The notes beneath the pieces are model-generated. The model had not been told where the DNA came from. It saw only the letters and a list, made by a program, of their open reading frames with translations, and did no database searches. 64,000 nt of DNA from an uncultured Pseudomonadales bacterium (lineage in GTDB: Bacteria > Patescibacteriota > Microgenomatia > UBA1400 > Chazhemtobacteraceae): positions 3,992-67,991 of the forward strand of contig CAZUBK010000002.1 of NCBI GenBank assembly GCA_964618725.1, written 5' to 3'. Position 1 is the stretch's first letter. Each line of letters starts with the position of its first letter. A program made the position numbers and the translations under genes. This document shows positions 46,195 through 55,543 of this stretch, piece after piece.

Positions 46195-47001
46195 ATGATG
46201 GGAAAGCTATGGCGTCAACCAACATGGATGAGTGCAGTGTTTTTGTCGGCTTTATATGCTTTGGCTGTGTTTTTACGAAGTAGTGAGACTGGTTTTCTGG
46301 AAAACGAAATAGTTAGACTGGGAGCGCTGGGAACGGGCTTTTTACTGCCACACATTTTGGGTATGTTTTTGTGGCAGAGCAAACCAAAAGTGGAGAATCT
46401 GTTGATTACCGTAGTGCTTTTGCTGCTGTTGGCAGATCCACAGAGTAGTTTCTTTGGGATGTTGATACTGGGCTTACTGACGGCGTTAATCAAGACGGTG
46501 GTAAGAGTGGCACATCAACCACTATTTAATCCGGCGGCGGCCGGGCTACTAGCAGCATCGTGGGTGGGGGTGCTGACGACTTGGTGGGGGGTAAGTTTCT
46601 CGCCGAGGTTGCCAATATTCAATATCAGCATTGCAATGCTGCTAACACTGCCATTAGGAATCTACGTTATTGCCCGTTACAAAAAGTGGCCAACTCTGGT
46701 GAGCGTGCCGATGTCACTACTGATCGTTTATTTCCTTCAAACGGGGCGATTGCCACTGGTGACGATACTTGAAGGCACATTTGCTTTTTTTCTGTTAGTG
46801 ATGGCAACTGAGCCGAGAACGACTCCAGTAATTGACTGGCAAGAGTGGATCTTTGGAGTCTTATTAGGGGTACTATTGGCAGTCTTATTTGTTCATCGAG
46901 TGGCGGGGGATCCGTATTTGGTGGCGTTACTGATAGTCAATTTCTTCTTTGGAGTCTTTAAATTTGTTCAGTTGAAGCTGGCTTTGAGAGGGAGGGTGTA
47001 A
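46195..47001 (+). CDS. RnfD/NqrB-like polytopic membrane protein
   Basis: LFNPAAAG, WWG, MATEPRTTP motifs; about 9-10 TM; divergent from apbE. Confidence 0.8.
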   Translation: MMGKLWRQPTWMSAVFLSALYALAVFLRSSETGFLENEIVRLGALGTGFLLPHILGMFLWQSKPKVENLLITVVLLLLLADPQSSFFGMLILGLLTALIKTVVRVAHQPLFNPAAAGLLAASWVGVLTTWWGVSFSPRLPIFNISIAMLLTLPLGIYVIARYKKWPTLVSVPMSLLIVYFLQTGRLPLVTILEGTFAFFLLVMATEPRTTPVIDWQEWIFGVLLGVLLAVLFVHRVAGDPYLVALLIVNFFFGVFKFVQLKLALRGRV

Positions 47002-47010
47002 AATGGACGT

Positions 47011-47496
47011 ATGTATGCACAGGTTTTTGAACTTCATGCAAATCTGCTTAAGGCACTAGCTCACCCGAAGAGACTGGAGATAGTTCAGTTACTTAGGGAC
47101 AAGGAGTTAAATGTGACGCAAATTCAACAGATGTTGGGATTGCCGCAGGCAAACTTGTCCCAACACCTGATGGTATTACGAGAGGAGGGGGTGGTCTTGA
47201 GCCGAAAGAAAGGAAAAGAAGTGGTATACAAAATGGCTCATGATAATTTTGTTGAAGCGACTGACTTAATGCGGGAGGTATTGATCGAGAGATATCGGGG
47301 GGATAAGAGAATGACTGATGAACTAAGTATTAAAATGCAAGATCTAATGCCGGTCGTAGTAGATCCTGTGTGTGGTATGAGGATTTCGCCAAAGACGGCT
47401 TCCTGTGCAGAGACTTGGAAGGGTGAAAACTATTTTTTTTGCGGGTCGGGGTGTCTCAAACAATTCAAAAAAGAGCCGGATAGCTTTGCTTTGTAA
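47011..47496 (+). CDS. ArsR/SmtB-family regulator fused to a YHS/TRASH metal-binding domain
   Basis: KALAHPKRLEI...LSQHLMVLR, then DPVCGM...YFFCGSGC. Confidence 0.9.
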   Translation: MYAQVFELHANLLKALAHPKRLEIVQLLRDKELNVTQIQQMLGLPQANLSQHLMVLREEGVVLSRKKGKEVVYKMAHDNFVEATDLMREVLIERYRGDKRMTDELSIKMQDLMPVVVDPVCGMRISPKTASCAETWKGENYFFCGSGCLKQFKKEPDSFAL

Positions 47497-47520
47497 GCGT
47501 ATCTGTTTCTTTAACCCCCC

Positions 47521-47567
47521 TTGACACAGTATCGTATGAAGTTATATATTCGCTTTATCGAATATAT
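47521..47567 (+). promoter_or_regulatory. Promoter with palindromic operator 1
   Basis: TTGACA at 47521; ATATATTCG-N6-CGAATATAT (47544-47567) over the -10 box. Confidence 0.75.
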
Positions 47568-47581
47568 TTTACTGCCAACGC

Positions 47582-48076
47582 ATGAATGACAAGAAATTAA
47601 TTCTGGGAATAGTTCTGGCAACAGCCATACTGGTCGGAGGAGGAATGTGGTGGGTGGTAAAGTCGGGAGAGGTGGCTGGAGTAACCGCCACTCCAGGGAC
47701 GAAAGTCGTCTTGGAAAAGAATAGTGTTGACTTTGGGGAAGTGAAAATAGGAGATGGAGTGGTGGAGGCAAGATACAAACTAAAAAATGAAGGCGATCAG
47801 ACTTTGAAGCTGTTCAATGGGACAACCTCCTGTGCGTGTACTAAGGCGAAGGTCGTGACAAAAAAAGGCGAGTCACAACCTTTTGGAATGCATACAAAAT
47901 CAAAAGAAGTAACAGAAGTCGCTCCGGGGGAAGAGGCAGAGATAGTGGCTATTTTCGACCCGGCATTTCATGGACCTAGTGGTGTAGGGCCGATAAGCAG
48001 ACAGATTACAGTGACAACCAATGATCCAAATCTTACAGAAATCAGCTTAACAATGATTGGGAGCGTCATTAAATAA
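47582..48076 (+). CDS. DUF1573-like Ig-fold anchored protein
   Basis: DFGEV, TSCACT, FGMH, FDPAFHGP. Confidence 0.8.
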   Translation: MNDKKLILGIVLATAILVGGGMWWVVKSGEVAGVTATPGTKVVLEKNSVDFGEVKIGDGVVEARYKLKNEGDQTLKLFNGTTSCACTKAKVVTKKGESQPFGMHTKSKEVTEVAPGEEAEIVAIFDPAFHGPSGVGPISRQITVTTNDPNLTEISLTMIGSVIK

Positions 48077-48077
48077 A

Positions 48078-49040
48078 ATGGAAGATAACATAGAAACAAA
48101 AGCAAAAAAAAGGAGTGGGAGGTCAAAGGCCTTAATTGGACTGTTTGGATTAGGAGCGATCATCTTAGTAGTGGCGAGCTGGAATGTGATGTTTGATGTT
48201 GAGGTCAAGCCAAGTAGGAGATTCCTACAAGCAGCAGGAATAGTTAAACCGACGCCTACACCAGAGCCGGCGCCAACGGCTGAGAGTTTGGCGGTGGCGG
48301 TGGTGCCGGATGAAGGGTATGAAGTGAAAATAAAATGGGGAAAGACGGGAAAAGAATTGGTTAGATCAGGAGCAATTGATCTAAAAAAGTTTTCTGAAAA
48401 TTACGAAGATGCTTCTAGTGAAGATGAACTGAAATATCTAACCGAAGAAGACCAGGAGAAGATTACAGTTAACTCAAGTAATGCATATTTCTGGGTGAAT
48501 ACTTTGTGGGCGCTGGGATTAACCCAAAAGTCAGATGTCCTGGATAAGGGGGTAATGGGGACGCAATATCGCAAAGAATTGGCGACATTTGCCTCAACAG
48601 CGGGTTGGACTCTGGGGAAGAAAAAAGGAGTAGATCTATATAGCTCGGCCAAAATTATAGATTTGAGTGATGAAGAACAAGGAAGAGTGGCCAAGATCTC
48701 GGCCAATATTTATCGACCGTGTTGTGGTAACTCAACGGCCTTCCCTGATTGTAATCATGGAATGGCAATTTTAGGATTAGTTGAATTGATGGTGGATCAG
48801 GAATTTGGCGATGAGGAGATCTACAAAGCAGCCTTGGCATTCAATTCATACTGGTTCCCTCAAACATATATTGATTTGGCCTATTACTTTAAGACAAAGG
48901 AGAAACTTGAGTGGAAAGATATAGATGCGAAGAAGGTACTGGGTGCTCAATATAGCTCAGCCCAAGGATACAAAGGAATAAAGCAATTAATCCAGGGCGC
49001 ACCAACTTTACAAAAAGGTGGGAGCAGCTGCGGGGCATAA
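48078..49040 (+). CDS. Uncharacterised anchored protein with PCC-x8-CNHG motif and C-terminal SCG
   Basis: One N-terminal TM; RPCCGNSTAFPDCNHG; ends GGSSCGA. Confidence 0.8.
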   Translation: MEDNIETKAKKRSGRSKALIGLFGLGAIILVVASWNVMFDVEVKPSRRFLQAAGIVKPTPTPEPAPTAESLAVAVVPDEGYEVKIKWGKTGKELVRSGAIDLKKFSENYEDASSEDELKYLTEEDQEKITVNSSNAYFWVNTLWALGLTQKSDVLDKGVMGTQYRKELATFASTAGWTLGKKKGVDLYSSAKIIDLSDEEQGRVAKISANIYRPCCGNSTAFPDCNHGMAILGLVELMVDQEFGDEEIYKAALAFNSYWFPQTYIDLAYYFKTKEKLEWKDIDAKKVLGAQYSSAQGYKGIKQLIQGAPTLQKGGSSCGA

Positions 49041-49879
49041 TGGATACGTATTACCAGATCTCGATTGTGGCGGCTTTTATTGCCGGAATGGTGGCCTTGT
49101 TTGCCCCGTGTTGTATCACTTATCTACTTCCGGCATATTTGGGTAATGTTTTCAAGGAGAAAAAACAAGTCATCTTCATGACGCTGGTTTATTCGCTGGG
49201 CATTTTTGTGGCGATGTTGCCGGTAGTTTTGGGGGCAAAGATTATTTCAAAGTTCTTCTTTGATTTACATGATCAAACTTACTTGATAGGGGGCGGATTT
49301 ATGTTGATCGTGGCAGGAATCTCTTTTTTGGGATTGAAATTACCAATGCCACATATAGCGATGAAAGGAAGTGGCAAAACTGACATTGGTTCGACATTTA
49401 CTCTTGGGATCTTTTCTGGAATTACTTCTGCCTGCTGTGCTCCGGTACTGATTGGAGTGATGGCACTATCGACTTTGTCGCCGACGATCCCATTGGCTTT
49501 GGGAGTGGGATTTGCTTATGTACTGGGGATGGTGACGCCATTGTACTTGGCGTCACTGTTTATTGATAAGGTGAAGATCCTAGAGAAACCGATCTTTAAG
49601 AAGAGACTGTGGACAGTGAATCTGTTTGGTCATGTATATCCAATATTTGTGAGCAACTTGATTGCGGCGGTTCTGTTTGGAGTAGTAGGCATGTTGACGA
49701 TTTATCTGACGGCTAATGGAAAACTGGCGCGAGAAAACGAAGAAGCCTTTATGAAATGGATGAATGGATTGGTGTTCTATTTAACAGAGAGGATAAATAG
49801 GTTACCATTAAATAATCTCATTGGGACAGGGGTGGGCGGATATTTACTTTATCGCTTTATTAAAAGAGCGCTAAAATAG
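49040..49879 (+). CDS. CcdA/DsbD-beta-like transmembrane electron carrier
   Basis: AFIAG..FAPCC..LLPAYL and GIFSG...CCAPVL motifs, 6-7 TM. Confidence 0.85.
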   Translation: MDTYYQISIVAAFIAGMVALFAPCCITYLLPAYLGNVFKEKKQVIFMTLVYSLGIFVAMLPVVLGAKIISKFFFDLHDQTYLIGGGFMLIVAGISFLGLKLPMPHIAMKGSGKTDIGSTFTLGIFSGITSACCAPVLIGVMALSTLSPTIPLALGVGFAYVLGMVTPLYLASLFIDKVKILEKPIFKKRLWTVNLFGHVYPIFVSNLIAAVLFGVVGMLTIYLTANGKLARENEEAFMKWMNGLVFYLTERINRLPLNNLIGTGVGGYLLYRFIKRALK

Positions 49880-49911
49880 ACTTAAGAAAAGAGAGGAGGT
49901 GAGACAAAAAG

Positions 49912-50178
49912 ATGAAACTAAATCAAATGGCGATGGCGAATGCAATGGCGATGGCGGGGGCAGCCTTATATGTGCTCTGTGCCGGAGCAGTGTTACTGTT
50001 TCCCAGCATGACCCGAGGTATGTTTAATACCTGGTTTCATGGGATCGACATGTCGACAATCCCGATGCGAGGAGTGCTACTCATTCCTAGTATCTGGGGG
50101 TTAATTACTTTCTCGGTGTTCGCTTGGATATTTGGCTACGTATTGGCCTATTTTTACAACCAAGGTACAAAGAAATAA
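49912..50178 (+). CDS. Small 2-TM protein (DUF5676-like)
   Basis: YVLC, WFHGID; AGGAGG SD. Confidence 0.75.
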   Translation: MKLNQMAMANAMAMAGAALYVLCAGAVLLFPSMTRGMFNTWFHGIDMSTIPMRGVLLIPSIWGLITFSVFAWIFGYVLAYFYNQGTKK

Positions 50179-50216
50179 GTTATAAACGGACAGTATTAAG
50201 GAGGGAGGTGATAGAG

Positions 50217-50420
50217 ATGTCATGGAAGAAATTTAAGTGGTCTAAAGTGATCGGACCGGCGGGTTGGCTAGGTATTGCGGTGGACTGGGCGGGCGGAATA
50301 GGAATAGGGCTTTTGGCTGCGGGGTACATTGCAGACACGATTACCTGGGGCTTGATACTTGTAGGAGTAAGTCTGGTTGGGCATTTATTGATCTTTAAGT
50401 CTGTATTTGGGAGAAAGTAG
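50217..50420 (+). CDS. Small 2-TM hypothetical protein
   Basis: GGAGGTG SD before ATG 50217. Confidence 0.6.
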   Translation: MSWKKFKWSKVIGPAGWLGIAVDWAGGIGIGLLAAGYIADTITWGLILVGVSLVGHLLIFKSVFGRK

Positions 50421-50438
50421 GCTGGGTTTAGTCACATG

Positions 50439-50469
50439 TATTCGTTTTCGCGAATATGTGTGATATGAT
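50439..50469 (+). promoter_or_regulatory. Palindromic operator 2 with extended -10
   Basis: TATTCG-N6-CGAATA (50439-50456), same core as operator 1; TGATATGAT at 50461-50469. Confidence 0.7.
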
Positions 50470-50494
50470 TTGAAGAGTCATTTAAACTATAGAT

Positions 50495-50896
50495 ATGCAG
50501 TTAACTAATATGGAAATCTTGGTTATGGTTACGGGGATTGGTTTAATAGGCTTGATCTATTATTATTTTTTCGGAGCTAAAAGCGAAGGGGGGAAAGCAA
50601 TGACAGAAGATGGTAAACAGAAGATGACGGTGGTGGTTGACGCGGCATATGTTCCAACAGAGATAGAAGTGAAGGTGGGTGTGCCGGTAGAGATTACCTT
50701 TGACCGGAGAGATCGTGGGGATTGTACTGAGTGGGTGATTTTTGAAAAGTTACCGACAGCGGAGGGACGGGAAATAAAAGCACAATTGCCGGAGGGCAGA
50801 AAGACTGCGGTTGCGTTTACTCCAACCAAGGAGGGTAAGTATGGCTTTGTCTGCGGCATGGGAATGGTGCATGGGAAATTAATTGTTAGTAAGTAA
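50495..50896 (+). CDS. Membrane-anchored cupredoxin (CupA-like copper chaperone)
   Basis: [21 protein letters not shown]; directly upstream of copA. Confidence 0.85.
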   Translation: MQLTNMEILVMVTGIGLIGLIYYYFFGAKSEGGKAMTEDGKQKMTVVVDAAYVPTEIEVKVGVPVEITFDRRDRGDCTEWVIFEKLPTAEGREIKAQLPEGRKTAVAFTPTKEGKYGFVCGMGMVHGKLIVSK

Positions 50897-50897
50897 G

Positions 50898-53129
50898 ATG
50901 AAGAAAGAAACGGTAACTCAAGTAGGAGTAAAGGGTATGCACTGTGCCTCATGTGCGAGCAATTTAGAGCGGGTATTCAAGAGGGTACCAGGAATGGAGA
51001 GCTGTAGCGTGAATTTGGCAACAGAAAAAGCAACGTTTAAGACCAGAGGTAAATTGGACTTGAGTCTGGTCAAAAAAGCGGCGCAGAGTATTGGCTATGA
51101 CATCGAGGCAGGGGGGGGAGAACAAATGGTGGACAGCAAAAACAAGGACCTGGAGGAGAAAAAAAGAAAGTTGATTGTGGGAGGAGTATTAGCAGGGTTG
51201 TTGATGTTTTTGTCGATGAGAGAGATGCTTGGAATATTCAAGGAAACAAACACGGCGACGGTTAATCTGATTTCCTTCCTCTTGGCAACACCGGTACAGT
51301 TCTGGATTGGTGGACAGTATATTGAGTCGGCCTGGAAGGCATTAAAACATCGCCTAGCCAATATGGATACGCTGATAGCCGGTGGAACACTGGCGGCCTA
51401 CACCTTCTCGGTAGTGGCGACTTTTTTCCCTCAAGTTTTTGAGTCGTCGGGATTACTACCACACGTCTATTTTGAGGTATCATCAGCGATTATTGTTTTG
51501 ATTGGTTTGGGAAAATTCCTGGAGGCGCGGGCCAAGGGCCAGGCGAGTGAGGCAATTAAGAAGTTGATGGGGTTGGCAGCGAAGACAGCGAGGGTGAAGC
51601 GAGGAAAAGAATTTATCGAAGTACCAATCGAAGAAGTAAAAGTGGGCGAAGTGGTATTAGTGAGACCGGGAGAAAAAGTTCCAGTGGACGGGATGATCCT
51701 TGAAGGGGACAGTGCGGTGGATGAATCAATGGTAACAGGAGAGTCACTACCGGTTGAAAAAAAGAAGGGGGATTCAGTGATTGGAGCGACAGTAAATAAA
51801 TCGGGAAGTTTGACGATAAAGACCTCTAAAATAGGAGCGGAGACAATGCTTTCTCAAATAGTGAAACTGGTTGAAGAAGCGCAAGGCTCGAAGGCGCCGA
51901 TTCAAAAGCTGGCCGATGAGATCAGTGGAGTATTTGTGCCGATTGTACTAATGATTGCGGTGGTAACCTTTATGATTTGGTTTGTGTTGTATCCGCAGCC
52001 TTCGTTTACGGCGGCGATGGTGGCAGCAGTGACGGTTCTCATTATTGCCTGTCCATGTGCCTTAGGATTGGCGACACCGACAGCGGTGATGGTGGGAACT
52101 GGTAAGGGTGCAGAAGGAGGAATCCTAATCAAAGATGCCGAAGCATTGGAACTGCTTCATAAGGTGAAGGCGGTGATTTTAGATAAGACGGGGACACTGA
52201 CAAAAGGTAAACCCGAGGTGACGGATGTGGTAGTAGAAGATAGTAGTTTGACGGCGAATAAATTAATCGAAATGGCGGGAAGTGCCGAAATGCATTCGGA
52301 GCACCCATTGGGTGAAGCGGTGGTTAAATATGCGAAGGAAAAAAAACTGACTCTGACTGAGCCAAAAGGATTTAAATCAATTACAGGTGCCGGAGTGGAG
52401 GCAATAATCGGTAAACAGAAGGTAACAGTGAGCAGTCCAACATATGCCACTAAGGCTGGGTTTGGGGGTGATGCAGAGAAAATAAAGGGGCTACAAGGTG
52501 AGGGGAAGACGGTGCTAATGGTGAGTAACGGCAAGAAACTATTGGGGCTCATCGCGGTGGCGGACACGGTAAAGGAAGACTCGAAAGAGGCGGTGAAGAA
52601 GATGCATGGACTGGGACTCTCGGTCTATATGTTAACAGGGGATAATGAGGCAACGGCCAAAGCGATTGCTAAACAAGTGGGAATAGAGAATGTCTTGGCA
52701 GAGGTGATGCCCCAGGATAAAGCCGGTAAGGTAAAGCAATTACAAGAACAGCTAAAAAGTGAGGGCAAGATGGTGGCGATGGTGGGGGATGGTATTAATG
52801 ATGCGCCAGCGCTGGCCTCTGCTGATGTAGGGATTGCTATGGGGGCGGGGACAGATATTGCGATGGAGGCGGCAGATGTAGTGCTGATGAATAGTCAGTT
52901 AACCTCGATTCCAAAGGCGATCAAGTTATCCCGGTCGACGTTGTTAATCATTAAGCAGAATCTATTTTGGGCGTTTGGCTACAATACAATTCTTATACCA
53001 GTGGCGGCGGGGGCACTCTATCCAGTCTTTGGCTTATTACTGTCCCCCATCTTAGCCTCAGCGGCAATGGCGATGAGTAGTATTTCGGTGGTGAGCAATT
53101 CACTAAGGCTTAAGCGGTTTAGCTTTTAA
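50898..53129 (+). CDS. copA: Cu(I)-translocating P1B-type ATPase
   Basis: GMHCASC, TGES, CPC, DKTGT, HP, GDGIND, YN, MAMSS. Confidence 0.95.
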   Translation: MKKETVTQVGVKGMHCASCASNLERVFKRVPGMESCSVNLATEKATFKTRGKLDLSLVKKAAQSIGYDIEAGGGEQMVDSKNKDLEEKKRKLIVGGVLAGLLMFLSMREMLGIFKETNTATVNLISFLLATPVQFWIGGQYIESAWKALKHRLANMDTLIAGGTLAAYTFSVVATFFPQVFESSGLLPHVYFEVSSAIIVLIGLGKFLEARAKGQASEAIKKLMGLAAKTARVKRGKEFIEVPIEEVKVGEVVLVRPGEKVPVDGMILEGDSAVDESMVTGESLPVEKKKGDSVIGATVNKSGSLTIKTSKIGAETMLSQIVKLVEEAQGSKAPIQKLADEISGVFVPIVLMIAVVTFMIWFVLYPQPSFTAAMVAAVTVLIIACPCALGLATPTAVMVGTGKGAEGGILIKDAEALELLHKVKAVILDKTGTLTKGKPEVTDVVVEDSSLTANKLIEMAGSAEMHSEHPLGEAVVKYAKEKKLTLTEPKGFKSITGAGVEAIIGKQKVTVSSPTYATKAGFGGDAEKIKGLQGEGKTVLMVSNGKKLLGLIAVADTVKEDSKEAVKKMHGLGLSVYMLTGDNEATAKAIAKQVGIENVLAEVMPQDKAGKVKQLQEQLKSEGKMVAMVGDGINDAPALASADVGIAMGAGTDIAMEAADVVLMNSQLTSIPKAIKLSRSTLLIIKQNLFWAFGYNTILIPVAAGALYPVFGLLLSPILASAAMAMSSISVVSNSLRLKRFSF

Positions 53130-53149
53130 TCGTATACAATTAAGAGAAT

Positions 53150-54184
53150 ATGTTGGGTGATACAAACCTACTACTAATCTTTTTGACCGGGCTGACGACA
53201 GGAGGACTTAGCTGTGTCGCTGTACAGGGAGGGCTATTGGCGTCGGTATTGAGTAAAGATGAGGAGAAGTATCAGGGACGATTAATCAAGAACGAGAAGG
53301 TGGCGAAGCTACTGGCATTTCTAACGGCTAAAGTGGTGGCTTATACCCTACTCGGATTATTGCTTGGATTTGCTGGGTCGCTGATTAGTCTGACGCCGCA
53401 GATGAGAGGTTGGATCCAGATTGTGATTGGTATATATCTGCTTGGGATTGCCGGAGCGATGCTACAACTGCATCCGTTTTTTCGCTATTTTATCTTTACT
53501 CCACCTCGGTTCCTGACTCGCTTTATCAAAAAACAGAGTGCAAGCGAGAGTTTGTTTGCACCAACCATTCTAGGAGCTTTAACCGTCTTTATTCCCTGTG
53601 CGGTAACACAGGGAATGGAGGTGGTAGCATTGGGAACTGGTAAGCCGCTATACGGAGCGGCGATCATGGGGGCCTTTACCTTGGGAACATCACCGACATT
53701 CTTTTTAATCGGTTTTTTGTGGTCGAAGGCAAAGGATCAATTTGGGAGTATCTTTGACAAGGTCGCGGCGGCGTTGATGATTGTATTAGCGGTTTTTTCA
53801 ATCAACGGAGGAGTAGCCGTGATGGGATCGATCTATACTTTGCAAAATTTCTGGAAAGCAGCGACAACGCCGACAGAGACATTGGCGGGAGAAGTAGCGG
53901 GAGCGAAGATAACGAATGGAGTCCAAGAAGTAACCGTGAATGTGACTTCGTATGGATATACTCCGACAAACCTACAATTGAAGAGGGGGGTGAAGACAAG
54001 GGTCAAACTAGTAACGAATCAGACAAGGGGCTGTGCCAGGGCCTTTACCATACCGGCGTTGCGACTTCAACGGATACTACCGGAAACGGGTGAGCAGACA
54101 ATAGAGTTTACTCCTGAAGAAGAAGGACCATTAGTCTTTAGTTGTAGTATGGGGATGTATACCGGGACATTCCAAGTTATTTAA
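53150..54184 (+). CDS. DsbD_2/TauE-like membrane protein with C-terminal cupredoxin
   Basis: GGLSCVAVQGG, IPC, then GCARAF...FSCSMGMY. Confidence 0.85.
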   Translation: MLGDTNLLLIFLTGLTTGGLSCVAVQGGLLASVLSKDEEKYQGRLIKNEKVAKLLAFLTAKVVAYTLLGLLLGFAGSLISLTPQMRGWIQIVIGIYLLGIAGAMLQLHPFFRYFIFTPPRFLTRFIKKQSASESLFAPTILGALTVFIPCAVTQGMEVVALGTGKPLYGAAIMGAFTLGTSPTFFLIGFLWSKAKDQFGSIFDKVAAALMIVLAVFSINGGVAVMGSIYTLQNFWKAATTPTETLAGEVAGAKITNGVQEVTVNVTSYGYTPTNLQLKRGVKTRVKLVTNQTRGCARAFTIPALRLQRILPETGEQTIEFTPEEEGPLVFSCSMGMYTGTFQVI

Positions 54185-54185
54185 G

Positions 54186-54431
54186 ATGTTGAGTAAATTG
54201 TTTGGTCGGAAGAAAACTGCCGGTGAAAAGATAGAGATGAAGATTGGAGGGATGCATTGCAGTAGCTGTGCTATGGATATTGATTTTGCCTTAGAGGACT
54301 TACCTGGGGTGCTTGAAAGCAAGACCAACTATGCTAGCGCTAAAGTAGAGGTCAAGTTTGACCCAGAAAAGGTGGAGGTGGAAAGAATCAAGAAAGAGAT
54401 TAGCAAAAAAGGATATACGATCAACGGGTGA
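54186..54431 (+). CDS. HMA-domain copper chaperone (CopZ-like)
   Basis: GMHCSSC motif, 81 aa. Confidence 0.9.
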   Translation: MLSKLFGRKKTAGEKIEMKIGGMHCSSCAMDIDFALEDLPGVLESKTNYASAKVEVKFDPEKVEVERIKKEISKKGYTING

Positions 54432-54850
54432 AAACAAGAGAATTGCTACTACTTAAGATCGCCTGGGTCCAGGCCCTCGTAGCTACACTGGGAAGTCTCT
54501 TCTTTAGTGAGGTAATGAGACTGCCCCCCTGTGTGCTGTGCTGGTACCAGAGGACAGTGATGTATCCGCTGGTCTGGATCCTAGGAGTCGGGATCTACAA
54601 GAAGGATAGAAAGGTGATCATTTATGCTTTGCCACTGGCCTTGATAGGCCTACTTATCGCCCTGTATCACAATCTGCTCTACTACGGTCTCCTGGCTGAG
54701 AGTAGTAGTCCCTGTATTCAGGGGGTATCCTGCACGACCAAGTTCTTTGAGTGGTTTGGCTTCGTGACTATTCCACTACTGTCTCTACTTGGTTTTGGGC
54801 TTATTTGTGTCTGTTTATGGCTGGTTCAGAGAAGAAAGATGATATTTTGA
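54428..54850 (+). CDS. Disulfide bond formation protein (DsbB/BdbC family)
   Basis: GSLFFSE, PCVLCWYQR..MYP, C...C...FVTIP. Confidence 0.92.
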   Translation: MKTRELLLLKIAWVQALVATLGSLFFSEVMRLPPCVLCWYQRTVMYPLVWILGVGIYKKDRKVIIYALPLALIGLLIALYHNLLYYGLLAESSSPCIQGVSCTTKFFEWFGFVTIPLLSLLGFGLICVCLWLVQRRKMIF

Positions 54851-54931
54851 GGCTGGGGAACTTGACTATATAGGGTATTTGTGGTAAATTTGGCTATTCT
54901 CTAATTCAATCCATTTCAAGGAGAAACGCAC

Positions 54932-55498
54932 ATGGCAGAAAAATCTGTTTGCCAGTCCTGTGGCGGGAGCGATTTCGCTCAGATGAAAGACGGCATCCAC
55001 GAGCTGTGTCTCAATTGTGGGACGCGGCATGTCATGGATGTCAAGCCATCCGTGCCAGGGATTCAGATCAATGTAGGTGGCAATGTCACCGGCAATATGA
55101 ATGTTTTCCAGCGGGATGGCCGAATCTACGGCGATCAGGTAATGGGAAACAAAGACTCTGGTCAGGCCAACAAGAAGGCCATGCAATGCCCGGAATGCCA
55201 CAAGCTTTTTCGTGTCCCTCGGGACATGGAGAATCTGGTAGTCAGGCGATCCTTTGAGCCGAACGCCAGGTTCAAGGGCAGCCTGCAGGAGGCCTGGGGA
55301 TGCCCACATTGTCAGCGGCGGCTCAAGTTCAATGACATCTTGGTCGAGACAGAAGTCTCGATCGATGGTCGCTCGACAGTCGTCGGCAATATCACCGGTT
55401 CATCCGGGATCGCCATCGGGCATGGCGCGAGGTCTCAGAACGGCGATATTGTCATTGAGGGGAGTAATGATATCCCCGATGCAATTCCGCCGGAGTAA
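54932..55498 (+). CDS. Double zinc-ribbon hypothetical protein
   Basis: Four CxxC motifs; AAGGAG SD; GC-richer than its flanks. Confidence 0.65.
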   Translation: MAEKSVCQSCGGSDFAQMKDGIHELCLNCGTRHVMDVKPSVPGIQINVGGNVTGNMNVFQRDGRIYGDQVMGNKDSGQANKKAMQCPECHKLFRVPRDMENLVVRRSFEPNARFKGSLQEAWGCPHCQRRLKFNDILVETEVSIDGRSTVVGNITGSSGIAIGHGARSQNGDIVIEGSNDIPDAIPPE

Positions 55499-55503
55499 TT
55501 TCT

Positions 55504-55533
55504 AAAAAGGGGGTCATATGACCCCTTTTTTTT
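55504..55533. terminator. Bidirectional intrinsic terminator
   Basis: A5-GGGGGTCATATGACCCC-T8 between convergent genes. Confidence 0.75.
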
Positions 55534-55543
55534 ATGCTGAAAA

